From Verrucomicrobiota bacterium (lineage in GTDB: Bacteria > Verrucomicrobiota > Verrucomicrobiia > Verrucomicrobiales > DEV007), in contig JASFYY010000048.1 of the NCBI GenBank assembly GCA_045046875.1, positions 16,298 to 80,297 on the forward strand: a DNA stretch of 64,000 bases, given 5' to 3'. The position numbers were made by a program, and so were the translations under genes. Under the pieces are notes generated by a model. The model worked only from the letters and a program-made list of their open reading frames with translations. It was not told where the DNA came from and ran no database searches. Below are positions 9,711 through 19,722 of the stretch, piece by piece. Within the stretch, counting starts at the first letter, position 1, and each line of letters opens with the position of its first letter.

Positions 9711-10934
9711 TCAAGGCACCAATTTCACACACACCACCTGACCATTGCCATTGCGGCAATAAACTTTCCCATTGGCTAGAATCGGCGCGGTCCAGCACTT
9801 GCCTGCCATCACTTTCTTTTTCACCCGGCTTTTAAAACCCTCCGACGAAGCCTTGCCGATCATCAGTTCTCCGCCTTCGCTCAATACCAGTAAATCCCCA
9901 TCTTCAGTCGCCGTCACCGCTCCCTGTCCCACACTGGCATCCGTCCATTGGCTCTCGCCACTGGCAAAGTCCATGCACTTCAGTCCAGTGCCATCCTTAC
10001 CCTCATTGCCACTCACCCCATACAAAAAACCTTCGATCAATACACAAGCATTCATCTGGCTTTTCATTTCACGATTCTTCCACAAGGTTTTTGGCTTTCC
10101 TTGCCCTTCCCAATTCAGCAAAGTTGATCCTTTGTCATAACCGGAAGAGATAAACAACTTGTCCCCCTGCACAACCGGATCCGCCGCATTCACCCCGTAG
10201 CGGGTCAACCATTTCACCCGCCACCACTCCTGACCGTTTTTCGCTTCCACACAAACATAACCCCGTTTATTGGAAAAAATAACCACATCCGTTCCACCCC
10301 GTTGCACCAAATAAGGCGTCGAATAAGAAGCTTCCCCGTTTTTGGATTTCCACACCTGCGATCCATCCTCCTTGCGCAAAGCCAATCCCGCGTCCCCCGC
10401 ATTCAATAACAACAAAGCTCCGTGCACCCTCGGACTGCCGGTAAAACCCCAGGCCGGCATGTCATAGCCAAAATCCTTCATCAGATTTTTTTGCCACTTC
10501 ACTTTGCCGGTAGCCGCCTCAAAACAAAACAACTCGCCCGCCCGCGCCAACGAATAAACCACCTCACCATCCACTGACGGTGTGCCGGTCGAACCACCAG
10601 GGAAATACAAATCCCCCAAAGGCTGGGGATAAGAATGTTTCCACAACACCTTACCGGAATCCGCGTCCAGACACCAAACCGTATCCGTTTCCTTGCCATC
10701 GTGCCCCATGGTGAACACCCGCCCGTCAGCCACCGCAAAACCAGAAAAGCCCAAACCCATTTCCGCTTTCCACGTCACCTTTAAATCCGTGATACCTTGC
10801 ACCGACTCCTTGGAGATTCCATTAGCATCAGGGCCACGCCACTGTTTCCAATCCCCGGCATTCAAACCACTTGCACCCAGCACTGCTGCCACTAAAATAA
10901 TAAAACCAATTTTCATTCTGCCAATCTGGCTCAT
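9711..10934 (-). CDS. PQQ-binding-like beta-propeller repeat protein
   Basis: DWKQWRGP start, repeated CLDA-x-SGKVLW units, CWTAPILANG end; signal peptide; start 10934 or 10916. Confidence 0.85.
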   Translation of the reverse strand: MSQIGRMKIGFIILVAAVLGASGLNAGDWKQWRGPDANGISKESVQGITDLKVTWKAEMGLGFSGFAVADGRVFTMGHDGKETDTVWCLDADSGKVLWKHSYPQPLGDLYFPGGSTGTPSVDGEVVYSLARAGELFCFEAATGKVKWQKNLMKDFGYDMPAWGFTGSPRVHGALLLLNAGDAGLALRKEDGSQVWKSKNGEASYSTPYLVQRGGTDVVIFSNKRGYVCVEAKNGQEWWRVKWLTRYGVNAADPVVQGDKLFISSGYDKGSTLLNWEGQGKPKTLWKNREMKSQMNACVLIEGFLYGVSGNEGKDGTGLKCMDFASGESQWTDASVGQGAVTATEDGDLLVLSEGGELMIGKASSEGFKSRVKKKVMAGKCWTAPILANGKVYCRNGNGQVVCVKLVP

Positions 10935-10998
10935 CTTTTCATAATTTCCACGACCAATCCCTCTCCCTAGCCTCATTTTTCATCCAAAAACCGCCAAG

Positions 10999-12099
10999 AT
11001 GTCACTGCTCATTCTCTTTTTCCTCTTATCCATCAGCTTCTCCTTCCTCTGTTCCATCTGGGAGGCCGTATTACTGAGTATCTCGCCCTCCCACATCAAA
11101 AGCCTCGAAAGCAGCAATCCCAAGCTTGGTAAAAAAATCCACCAACTGAAAGAGGAAATCGACCGACCGCTCTCGGCCATCCTCAGTCTTAATACCATCG
11201 CCCACACCGTCGGTGCGATCGGGGTTGGTGCCCAGGCCGGTAAAGTCTTTGGCAGCCACGCCCTGTCCCTCGGACCGATCACGCTCAGCGCCGAGGCTAT
11301 CATCGCCGCCATCATGACCATGGCCATTTTGATTTTATCCGAAATCATCCCCAAAACCATCGGCGCCAACTACTGGAAAAAACTCACCCCTTTCACCATC
11401 CGCTCGGTCAGCCTGCTGATGACCTTGCTCGCCCCTTTGGTCTGGTTAAGCCAATGGGTCACCAAGCACCTCAAAAGCGACAAAAACCTAAGTGTTCTGA
11501 GCCGTTCGGATCTCGCCGCCTATGCTGAAATCGGTGAAGAAAGCGGAGCCATCAATTCCGGTGAATCGCGTATCATCGCCAACCTGCTCAAAATGAAAAC
11601 CCTACGAGCCAAGGACATCATGACTCCGCGCACCGTCGTTTTCATGATGGATCAAAATGCCACTGTTGAAGAATACCACAAAACCCAGCAGGGTTCCCCT
11701 TTCTCCCGGATACCCGTTTACAATGAAACCCGTGACCACGTCACTGGCATCGCACTCAAAGACGACATCCTGCAAGCCCTCGCCGATGACAAGGATGACA
11801 CTCTGCTCAAAGATTTAAAAAGGGACACCATGACCGTTAGCGATCAGACCCTGCTTCCCAACCTGTTCGAAAAGCTACTGGAGAAAAAAATCCACCTCAG
11901 TCTCGTCACCGATGAATTTGGCAGCCTGCTGGGACTGGTCACGCTTGAGGATGTCATGGAAACCCTACTCGGCATCGAGATCGTCGACGAGACCGATCAA
12001 GCCCCCGACCTGCAAGCCCTCGCCCGCAAAAAATGGAAACAAAGAGCTAAAGGGCTAGGCTTATTACCCGAAGAAGGTGAAATCGAAGAAGGGAAATAG
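10999..12099 (+). CDS. CNNM/DUF21-CBS domain membrane protein
   Basis: SFLCSIWEAVLLS, SEIIPKTIG, DIMTPR, FSRIPVY, GLVTLEDVME. Confidence 0.9.
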   Translation: MSLLILFFLLSISFSFLCSIWEAVLLSISPSHIKSLESSNPKLGKKIHQLKEEIDRPLSAILSLNTIAHTVGAIGVGAQAGKVFGSHALSLGPITLSAEAIIAAIMTMAILILSEIIPKTIGANYWKKLTPFTIRSVSLLMTLLAPLVWLSQWVTKHLKSDKNLSVLSRSDLAAYAEIGEESGAINSGESRIIANLLKMKTLRAKDIMTPRTVVFMMDQNATVEEYHKTQQGSPFSRIPVYNETRDHVTGIALKDDILQALADDKDDTLLKDLKRDTMTVSDQTLLPNLFEKLLEKKIHLSLVTDEFGSLLGLVTLEDVMETLLGIEIVDETDQAPDLQALARKKWKQRAKGLGLLPEEGEIEEGK

Positions 12100-12150
12100 T
12101 CTGGTGGTTACTGGGGAAGATTACGCATGCTCTCACGCTTAATCGCATGC

Positions 12151-12183
12151 GGTGCTCCCGACGGGTGGGAGCACCTGCGCTAC
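12151..12183. repeat. GTAG-type REP-like hairpin between convergent genes (possible terminator)
   Basis: GGTGCTCCC-N7-GGGAGCACC followed by TGCGCTAC (GTAGCGCA on the minus strand). Confidence 0.5.
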
Positions 12184-12503
12184 TGACGCGGATCATTTTT
12201 TTCCACCTCATCCTCTCCGCTCCACTCTTTCAACCAAACCCGGGTCGCACCCCAGCTGCCGCTGGTCGCATCCCCCAATTTGAATCCCTCCACCTCGGGC
12301 AATCTCTCCAACAAACGATGCACCCCCTCGCGCAAGGCTCCGCTGCCCTTGCCATGGATCACTCTCACCTCACGCCAACCCCGCATCCGGCACTCGCGGA
12401 AATATTCCGGTAACAGAGAGCCGATCTCCTTCGGTCGAAAGGCGTGCAAATCCAGTTCGTGCCTTATCGGAACTTCAACCGGCTCGTCCTCATCACTCTT
12501 CAT
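12180..12503 (-). CDS. Stand-alone Smr/MutS2 C-terminal domain protein
   Basis: ELDLHAF, VIHGKGSGALR, GSWGAT motifs. Confidence 0.88.
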   Translation of the reverse strand: MKSDEDEPVEVPIRHELDLHAFRPKEIGSLLPEYFRECRMRGWREVRVIHGKGSGALREGVHRLLERLPEVEGFKLGDATSGSWGATRVWLKEWSGEDEVEKNDPRQ

Positions 12504-13138
12504 TTTTCCATCCCTTCATCCAACCCGCTAAGCGCTTGCTGCCATATTTTCAACTCCCCCGCAATTCCCTCCCGCTCCAGCATCTCCCCGATTTCCTCCC
12601 AACCCGGTTCCACCACCCCCTCTTCGCTGATTTGTTTGTCATCCGCCGGATAATCAGGGAACACCCGGCAAGCCATATACCAACAAGCCCACGCCCGCGC
12701 CGTCCGTCGGGCTTTACGCGGCTCCACCATCCGTGTTGCCAGATGTTGAAAATGCCGCCGTGGATTACCAATAAACTGATCCTGCTCACGATGCCGCATC
12801 ACCCAGCCCACCGCAGCATAAGGCAAAGGCCATTGCTCAAAAACCGCCACCCCTGCCTGCAAATCCGCGCCCAAAGCCCGATTGAACATCAACAAAGCCT
12901 GCGCCGGCAAACCTTGCCGCCACAAAGACTGACCACATTTCAAAGCCTGCAGGTAAAAACGTTCGCCATAAACATCGTCCTTCACCTCACGCATCACCGC
13001 CGCCGACAAGGGCTCATCCACCATCGGCAGGTAAGGGCAGCTCTCCAAATTCGTCTGGTGAAAAACGAGCCTGCGCTTTCTTGACTCCCTACCACTTGAA
13101 CCCTCCCCGTTGTTAGCACTATATTTTTGACTGTCCAT
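12500..13138 (-). CDS. Hypothetical protein
   Basis: Long ORF with ATGA overlap into the Smr gene; contains FIGNPRRHFQHLATRM; start uncertain. Confidence 0.7.
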   Translation of the reverse strand: MDSQKYSANNGEGSSGRESRKRRLVFHQTNLESCPYLPMVDEPLSAAVMREVKDDVYGERFYLQALKCGQSLWRQGLPAQALLMFNRALGADLQAGVAVFEQWPLPYAAVGWVMRHREQDQFIGNPRRHFQHLATRMVEPRKARRTARAWACWYMACRVFPDYPADDKQISEEGVVEPGWEEIGEMLEREGIAGELKIWQQALSGLDEGMEK

Positions 13139-13193
13139 TGTCGCTGCAATTTGTATAATCACCTATACCTCACCCTCACTACCTTGTTCGAAA

Positions 13194-14507
13194 ATGACCA
13201 CTGCTGCAACTGATACCCCTAACGATCTTTTCCAAGACGCACTAAAAAACCTCGACGACGCATTCGCTTATGCCGAGATCCACCCTGAAGCGCTCGAACG
13301 ACTGCGCCATCCGCGCACCTCGATCGAAGTCTCCATCCCGGTGCGCATGGACTCCGGTGAGATCCGGGTTTTCACCGGCTACCGGGTTCGTCACGACGAT
13401 ACCCGCGGACCCGGCAAGGGCGGCATCCGCTTTCACCCCAGAGTTGACATCGCCGAAGTCAAAGCCCTCGCTTTCTGGATGACCTGCAAATGCGCGGTGA
13501 TGAGCCTGCCCTTCGGTGGCGCCAAAGGCGGCATCAAAGTGGATCCCAAGGAACTGTCCAAACTCGAACTCGAACGCCTCTCTCGCCGTTTCATCCAACG
13601 CATCGCCGACTTCATCGGCCCCGATGTTGATGTCCCCGCCCCCGACGTTTATACCAATCCGATGATCATGGGATGGATGATGGACGAGTATTCCAAAATC
13701 ACCCGCCACCACACCCCCGCCGTCATCACCGGCAAACCCATCCCCCTCGGTGGTAGCCTGGGACGCAACGAAGCCACTGGCCGTGGCGCTTATTTTTGCA
13801 TCAAGGAACACGAATTGCACCGTGGTTGGGATCCCAAAACCACCACCGTCGCCATCCAGGGTTTTGGCAACGCCGGTCAAGCCGTGGCGCAATTGCTGCA
13901 TGCCGATGGCTATCAAATCGTCGCGGTCAGCGATTCCAAAGGAGGTATCCACCGCAGAGAAGGTTTCCACATCCCCAGTCTGATCCAAGCAAAAAATGAC
14001 AGCCATCGCCTACAGGCCGTTTACTGTCAGAATGGTTTGTGCACCCTGATGGAAGCACAAAGCATCAGCAACGAAGATCTGCTCGAACTCGATGTCGACA
14101 TCCTCATCCCCGCAGCGCTTGAAAATGTGATCACCTCTGCCAACGCCGAAAAAATCAAAGCCCGCACTCTGGTCGAAGTCGCCAACGGCCCGGTCAGCAC
14201 GGATGCTTCTCCCATACTCAGAAAAAATGACGTTTACGTGATTCCTGACATCCTAGCCAACGCCGGCGGGGTCACCGTCAGTTATTTTGAGTGGGTGCAA
14301 AACAAAGCCGGTTTCTACTGGACGGAAGACGAGGTCAACCAGCGCTTACTCGAAAAAATGCGCACCGAATTTCACAACGTTTACGATCTCAGCCAAACCC
14401 ACGACATCGACATGCGCACCGCCGCTTACGTGCTCGCCCTGAAACGCATCGGAGCCGCCCTCACCGCCCAAGGCACCAAAGATTATTTTGAGGCCCAGCA
14501 GCCCTGA
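13194..14507 (+). CDS. gdhA: Glu/Leu/Phe/Val dehydrogenase (glutamate dehydrogenase)
   Basis: GPGKGGIRFHP, LPFGGAKGG, DVPAPDV, GFGNAG, NAGGVTVSYFEW. Confidence 0.9.
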   Translation: MTTAATDTPNDLFQDALKNLDDAFAYAEIHPEALERLRHPRTSIEVSIPVRMDSGEIRVFTGYRVRHDDTRGPGKGGIRFHPRVDIAEVKALAFWMTCKCAVMSLPFGGAKGGIKVDPKELSKLELERLSRRFIQRIADFIGPDVDVPAPDVYTNPMIMGWMMDEYSKITRHHTPAVITGKPIPLGGSLGRNEATGRGAYFCIKEHELHRGWDPKTTTVAIQGFGNAGQAVAQLLHADGYQIVAVSDSKGGIHRREGFHIPSLIQAKNDSHRLQAVYCQNGLCTLMEAQSISNEDLLELDVDILIPAALENVITSANAEKIKARTLVEVANGPVSTDASPILRKNDVYVIPDILANAGGVTVSYFEWVQNKAGFYWTEDEVNQRLLEKMRTEFHNVYDLSQTHDIDMRTAAYVLALKRIGAALTAQGTKDYFEAQQP

Positions 14508-14532
14508 TCACCAAAAAGCCACCAAAGCAAAA

Positions 14533-14570
14533 ATGCACTTCACATGTCCGGCCGGACATACGAAGTGCAT
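14533..14570. terminator. Long hairpin between convergent genes
   Basis: ATGCACTTC-ACATGTCCG / CCGGACATAC-GAAGTGCAT inverted repeat; no strong U-tract. Confidence 0.55.
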
Positions 14571-14604
14571 CCTGTTGTGTCGGAAATTTTAAGCTCAAGC
14601 GACC

Positions 14605-15036
14605 CTAGATCCGCCCCTCCTCGATGTCATAAACATCAAACCAACGGTAAACCATTTTTCCAGCTGGAATGAATTGTGGGATATAGGTCTCTAGAAACTC
14701 TTGCAACTCAATCGGCATCTCGCTGATGCGTTTATCCCGCAAATCATTATTCCAACGAATCACTTCCCGCAGCTCTTTCACCTTGGAGTTTTCCAAAATC
14801 CATTCCGCCACAGCCTCATCATCCGCGCCACTGGCTACCAAGTCTTTGAACTGGTCTGCGTTGATGCCTGAAAAATCGAAGAAAACATTGTCCAACGGGC
14901 AAGCAAAATTATACTCACCTTGCGTTCCTGCGATAACCGCCCGGCATTTATCCAAAGCCCGCCCGGCGATCACATACCCTGCTAACAACTCACGTGGGCT
15001 TCGAGGGAATTCTGTATTTAAGTCTAATGTTTTCAT
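14605..15036 (-). CDS. DUF5069-like protein
   Basis: FPRSPRELLAGY...RALDKCRA...GEYNFACPLD...DIEEGRI pattern. Confidence 0.75.
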   Translation of the reverse strand: MKTLDLNTEFPRSPRELLAGYVIAGRALDKCRAVIAGTQGEYNFACPLDNVFFDFSGINADQFKDLVASGADDEAVAEWILENSKVKELREVIRWNNDLRDKRISEMPIELQEFLETYIPQFIPAGKMVYRWFDVYDIEEGRI

Positions 15037-15079
15037 ATCGGCTTTACCGACGCCGAAGCAAACAACTTCTTACAAAAAA

Positions 15080-16456
15080 TCAATCCACCAACTCCTTCAC
15101 CGCCTGCAGATAATCGGCCAGCGTTTCACTGGGCTTAAGCGCTTGAGATTTTTCCAAATGCTCAACGGCCTTTTCATATTCAGCTACATTCACCAATAAT
15201 TTTCCATGCGCACGATGCGCCGCCGCCGATTCAGGCAAACCTTGCGCTCTCTCCAGCAACATCTCAGCTTCCTCGCGCGCGCCACCATCCTCCTTGAATC
15301 GTGCCAACAGAATCAAAGCCTGGCCATCCATAGGCTCTTTGATCAACCAGTCACTGATCAGTTTTTCACCCACTTTGATGTCTCCGGTTCTCAATTCGAT
15401 CAACGCTTGTTGGCGGAAAAAACGCGAGCGCACTTTATTGTCCGTTTGCTCTGCAGCGAGCTGCTTTTGAAAAAAATCATGTTTTGCCAAACGCTTGGAA
15501 AATATGGAAGCATTTTCCCACTGGCCGACATTGCTCATCAATTCCACAACCTCGACCATCCGGCTCAAGGTCGCCGGTTCAGGCTGATTCAACGCCAAGA
15601 GGTAACGTTGCAGAGCTAATTCCGGCAGGCCATTCTGAAGGTAAAGGTGCCCCAAAGACAAAGTGGCCTCAGCGGTAAGTCCACCCGCACGATGGGCCAG
15701 CTCCAGATTCACCATCGCATCCTGCGGCTGTTGCAAAACAATCAAACTATCAGCCTGCCTCAACCAAAGAACCAAGTCATCGGGCTGCTCATCGATGAGC
15801 TGTTGGAAAATCGACGCCGCCTGTCGCGGACGTTTCAAGGCCTGCAATGCCTGGGCTTCACCCATTTTCCACTGCCGCTGCGTCGGCTGAGTCAAAGCCG
15901 CCAGGCGGTAGGCATCGAGTGCTGCCTGATGATGATTCTGCACCGCATGGCAGTAACCCAGCAAACCCATAGTGAGAGACTCACGCGAACCCAATTCCAT
16001 CGCACGTGCAAGATGCTCAACTGCATCCTGGTATTTTTCCTGCTGCACAAGAACAATAGCCAGGTTGCGGTGGGCATCACGGAAATTGGGAAACTTTTGC
16101 AGAGCTTTGTCAAAATGAATCACTGCCGAATCCAAGTCAGCCGCTTCGAACTCGAAGGTCGCCAATGAAAACAACAAAGCCGGACTCTCCGCAAGCAAGC
16201 TGCATTCAGCAAGAAGCTTGATCGCTCCCTTACGATCCTTGTCCGCCATTTTTTTAGCCGCTTCATCGAGATAGAACTCCTCGTCAACGGTGATTCGTGG
16301 CTCAATCCTCGAATCGATACCAAAACTCCCCGTCACTGTCTGGCGAAACAAATCGCTCTGCCAAAGCGAGTCGATCGGTAAGGGCGCCGCAGGCGAGACC
16401 GGCCCGGCGTGAACCCAAGTGGTCAAAAATAACAAAATTACAGTGAATCGAATCAT
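15080..16456 (-). CDS. Tetratricopeptide repeat protein (TonB operon-associated)
   Basis: Signal peptide, TPR units (PNFRDAHRNLA); ATGA overlap with the tonB stop. Confidence 0.85.
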   Translation of the reverse strand: MIRFTVILLFLTTWVHAGPVSPAAPLPIDSLWQSDLFRQTVTGSFGIDSRIEPRITVDEEFYLDEAAKKMADKDRKGAIKLLAECSLLAESPALLFSLATFEFEAADLDSAVIHFDKALQKFPNFRDAHRNLAIVLVQQEKYQDAVEHLARAMELGSRESLTMGLLGYCHAVQNHHQAALDAYRLAALTQPTQRQWKMGEAQALQALKRPRQAASIFQQLIDEQPDDLVLWLRQADSLIVLQQPQDAMVNLELAHRAGGLTAEATLSLGHLYLQNGLPELALQRYLLALNQPEPATLSRMVEVVELMSNVGQWENASIFSKRLAKHDFFQKQLAAEQTDNKVRSRFFRQQALIELRTGDIKVGEKLISDWLIKEPMDGQALILLARFKEDGGAREEAEMLLERAQGLPESAAAHRAHGKLLVNVAEYEKAVEHLEKSQALKPSETLADYLQAVKELVD

Positions 16457-17094
16457 GGACGTAAAATGAGTGGCCATTTAAAAAGCGCGGTGACGGCTCG
16501 ACCGTCTTTTTGTGGTGGAGTGAAACGCGAACCTGTCGCAAACAGCCTCGCCATTTCAGTGAATTCCGGGTGACTGCTTTTAACCACTTTACGAACAGTC
16601 ACTTTGCCACTGGGTCGGATGAGCACCTCCAGAGTGACCCGCCCTTCCTTGACCCCCCGGGCTTGCTGGCTCTTGGGGAAAGGCACCGTGGGACGGTTGA
16701 CCAGTCGTGGCTGACGGTCGAGACTCTTTGACGAAAACGTCATAAACTCACGCGCCTGCTCCACTTGCGGGGCAAAGTCAGTCACATCGAGCTGCAATTT
16801 CAATTCAGGATTTCGCGCGGCTTGAATCGCTGGAGCCACGGGATCAAAGCGGATATCCAGCTTGGGCAGATCCGGACTCTGGACCGGCGGCGGCGCCTGC
16901 TCGGCTTTCGGCGGCGGTGGCGCTGGCAAACTAACAGGCGAAGTCGTCTCAAGCGAACGAATGGTCAGCGTTGGCACCTGAGACGCACGACTGAGGCGTG
17001 CCGCCGCCAGGAAAACCAGCAGACCAAAAGTCAGGACGACCGCCAAAGCCACCCGTGCAATCAAACTGAAAGATATGGATCGGGACTCAGTCAT
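16453..17094 (-). CDS. tonB: Energy transducer TonB
   Basis: N-terminal TM anchor, Pro-rich linker, C-terminal [16 protein letters not shown]...FTPPQKDG. Confidence 0.85.
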   Translation of the reverse strand: MTESRSISFSLIARVALAVVLTFGLLVFLAAARLSRASQVPTLTIRSLETTSPVSLPAPPPPKAEQAPPPVQSPDLPKLDIRFDPVAPAIQAARNPELKLQLDVTDFAPQVEQAREFMTFSSKSLDRQPRLVNRPTVPFPKSQQARGVKEGRVTLEVLIRPSGKVTVRKVVKSSHPEFTEMARLFATGSRFTPPQKDGRAVTALFKWPLILRP

Positions 17095-17507
17095 TTGTCA
17101 TTAGTGGTAGAAACAAAAACCCGTTTGGCACCGGCCAACTTAGCCTCATCCAGCACCTGCACCGTGGCCTCCGTAGGGGTGCTGCGATCCGCCTGGATAA
17201 TAACCGGCATCTCCTCCTGTCGAATCAAACGACTGACCGTCGATCGCACCCCCGCCACCCCGATCTCACGTCCGCCATAAAACACCTGCCCCGCCGGAGT
17301 GATACCGATAAGAATGCTATTTTTTTCAAGATCCTGCTGACTAGCCGCACGCGGTTTGTTGATCTCCACCCCGCTCTCTTCGACAAAAACCGTGGTGACA
17401 ATGAAAAAAATCAGCAAAATGAATACCACGTCAATAAGCGACGAGATATTGATCTCGCTGCTCTCTTCACTGCTTGGTTCGCCAAAGCGCTGGAATCGTC
17501 GGGACAT
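17091..17507 (-). CDS. exbD: Biopolymer transport protein ExbD
   Basis: [27 protein letters not shown]. Confidence 0.93.
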   Translation of the reverse strand: MSRRFQRFGEPSSEESSEINISSLIDVVFILLIFFIVTTVFVEESGVEINKPRAASQQDLEKNSILIGITPAGQVFYGGREIGVAGVRSTVSRLIRQEEMPVIIQADRSTPTEATVQVLDEAKLAGAKRVFVSTTNDK

Positions 17508-17555
17508 GGATGATAAGGAGATAGAATTTAGAACAAAGGAGTTAGGAGGTGGAAA

Positions 17556-18143
17556 TCAGAATTCTGGATTCTGTAACAATTGTGATTCGAGTTGGCGGAA
17601 TTTTGTGGTGAGATCGCGGTGACGGCTGCGCAGCCAGGCGCAGACGATGTAAGTTGGCACGCCAATAATGAGGCCGGTCTGCGTCGTGATCAGTGCTTCC
17701 GAAATACCACCGGAAATAATATCAATAGGTGCTGTGGCCGAAGCCGTCGACATGCCAAAAAAAGTGGTGAACATTCCCGAAACCGTTCCCAACAAACCCA
17801 ACAAAGGCGCCGCGCCAATCATAATAAAAGCAAAAGGAAAACGACGCTCTGATTTGGCGAAAAGGCGCTGTGCCACCTCCTGCAGTCGCCGGGGCAGATC
17901 CCCCGTTTTGTTTAACTGACTACGCAAACGCTCACGGATTTCATCAGCCCCACTGCTCCCCTTCAACAAAGTCAACCATTCATCCGATGCCAACAACGGA
18001 GCATCCGGCAAACGCATCGAATGCCACAGCGATAACAAAGAAAAAGCAATGCCACAAGCCAGCGAAAGCAGCGCCACAAACACCCATCCCCCCGCCCCCG
18101 CAAGCAGCCGAACCTCCTCAACAATCTGTAAAAAATATTCCAT
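17556..18143 (-). CDS. exbB: MotA/TolQ/ExbB proton channel protein
   Basis: APLLGLLGTVSGM, GISEALITTQTGL. Confidence 0.88.
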   Translation of the reverse strand: MEYFLQIVEEVRLLAGAGGWVFVALLSLACGIAFSLLSLWHSMRLPDAPLLASDEWLTLLKGSSGADEIRERLRSQLNKTGDLPRRLQEVAQRLFAKSERRFPFAFIMIGAAPLLGLLGTVSGMFTTFFGMSTASATAPIDIISGGISEALITTQTGLIIGVPTYIVCAWLRSRHRDLTTKFRQLESQLLQNPEF

Positions 18144-18160
18144 CCCAAATCCTCCTATCC

Positions 18161-18322
18161 TATCCGTGTCATCCGTGGTTAAATTCTTATTCCCTATTTT
18201 CTATTTCTTATCCGCGCCATCCGCGGTTCAATTCCCTACCTCTTATTCGTGTCTACCAGTGTCCACTCGTGGTTCAATTCTCATCTCTTATTCGTGTCTA
18301 TTAGTGTCCATTCGTGGTTCTC
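18161..18322 (+). repeat. Array of four direct non-palindromic repeats (family A) inside the tonB operon
   Basis: tatccgtgtcatccgtggtt, tatccgcgccatccgcggtt, ttattcgtgtctaccagtgtccactcgtggtt, ttattcgtgtctattagtgtccattcgtggtt. Confidence 0.8.
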
Positions 18323-19722
18323 CCCTCATCTCCTCCCTCCGGAATCCCATTCAAAAAAGCCAAACTCGTCATTTCCATCGCCGACTTAATCCCCTGCACC
18401 TTCCGCGACAGCAGCGCGTGCAATATCAAAGCCGGAATCGCCACGATCAGTCCAAACTCCGTCGTCACCAAAGCCTCCGAAATCCCCGATGCCAGCGACT
18501 TCGCATCCCCGGTGCCAAAGATATTGATCAAACGAAAAGTCTCAATCATCCCCGTCACCGTTCCCAACAGTCCCAGCAAAGGGGCCGTCGCCGAAGCAAT
18601 CGCCACCAGCGGCAATCCTTTATTCAATGGCGGCACCGCTGCTAAAAACTTTTCATACAACGATTCTTCAAGATCATCACGACTGGTATCCGGTACCTTG
18701 CTCAATATCTCAACCCCACGCTGCAAAATTTCCCTAGCCGGGTGGCGAATCCCATCGACCGTCGAACGAGCTGTCTCAAAATCCCCTTTCCCAACCGCAT
18801 CGATCACCGCTTGCACCACCGTCGGGCGCAGATCACGGATCTTCAACAGTTGCAGCCATTTTCTAATCGCCGCAAACAGCGCGATGGCGGCGAGTATCAA
18901 AATTGGAAAAATCCAAAAACCCCCTTGCTGGATATGTCCAATAATTGACGTGCTGGAACTGGTCAAAGCCACCGCTGTTCCAAGCGTGGGGTCAAAACTC
19001 GGCTTCGCGTTTTGACCACTCAACAAAAGTCCGATATTTTCACCGTCTTCCGTGCCTGGCACCAAGCGCGGATTCAGGTTATTGTCCGCCGAAATCAAGC
19101 CCGAGGCCTTGCCGTCCTGTGAAAGAAACCAAGTGAGCGGCCCTGCCTCAGCAAAACGTCCTTGCACCATCACCCCTTCTGCATTGAGCGCCTGCCCGGC
19201 AATCACACCAACCTGCCCCGCACCTTTTATTTGTCCAACAGCCTGCTCGACCAAAGCCAAGCGGGACTTCAAATTACTTCCCTTCAACAAGTCCCCTTGC
19301 GCTTCAATTCGAGCGAGACTCTGACTGCTTTGATAAGTCTTGGAAAAATCGAGCAACAAACCTTCAATATACTGCCGCTCCTCACGCCAGGATTTGAGCT
19401 CACCGTCCGTTTTGGCAAACTCCGTATCCACCGCATCACGGCGGCTTCGAGCAAGATCAGCTTGGCGACGCGCTTCGCGCAAGTCAGCGGCGATGCGATT
19501 GGACTGCTTCGCCAGAACAGGTTTTTGTTTGGCTATTTCCAACTGAACTTTTGCCAGTTCATCAAGAGCCTCTCGCAAGTCTTTTTCCACCGAAGCCGCC
19601 GCTTCAGTGTAACGCACTGCGGCCGGTGCTTTTTCTACCACCGGACTCACTGCCTTCTCCTGCGCTTCAAGCAAAGAGGCGAGCAGCACAAAGGGCAAAA
19701 TATATAAAATTACTTTCATCAT
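18301..19722 (-). CDS. Long MotA/TolQ/ExbB protein with periplasmic N-terminal region (TtpC-like)
   Basis: Signal peptide, coiled coil, FDPTLG, APLLGLLGTVTGM, GISEALVTTEFGL. Confidence 0.88.
   Translation of the reverse strand: MMKVILYILPFVLLASLLEAQEKAVSPVVEKAPAAVRYTEAAASVEKDLREALDELAKVQLEIAKQKPVLAKQSNRIAADLREARRQADLARSRRDAVDTEFAKTDGELKSWREERQYIEGLLLDFSKTYQSSQSLARIEAQGDLLKGSNLKSRLALVEQAVGQIKGAGQVGVIAGQALNAEGVMVQGRFAEAGPLTWFLSQDGKASGLISADNNLNPRLVPGTEDGENIGLLLSGQNAKPSFDPTLGTAVALTSSSTSIIGHIQQGGFWIFPILILAAIALFAAIRKWLQLLKIRDLRPTVVQAVIDAVGKGDFETARSTVDGIRHPAREILQRGVEILSKVPDTSRDDLEESLYEKFLAAVPPLNKGLPLVAIASATAPLLGLLGTVTGMIETFRLINIFGTGDAKSLASGISEALVTTEFGLIVAIPALILHALLSRKVQGIKSAMEMTSLAFLNGIPEGGDEGRTTNGH

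Noticed and set aside
18161..18322. CRISPR array
   Set aside because: Units differ in length and sequence, spacers are short low-complexity tracts, and there are no cas genes or leader
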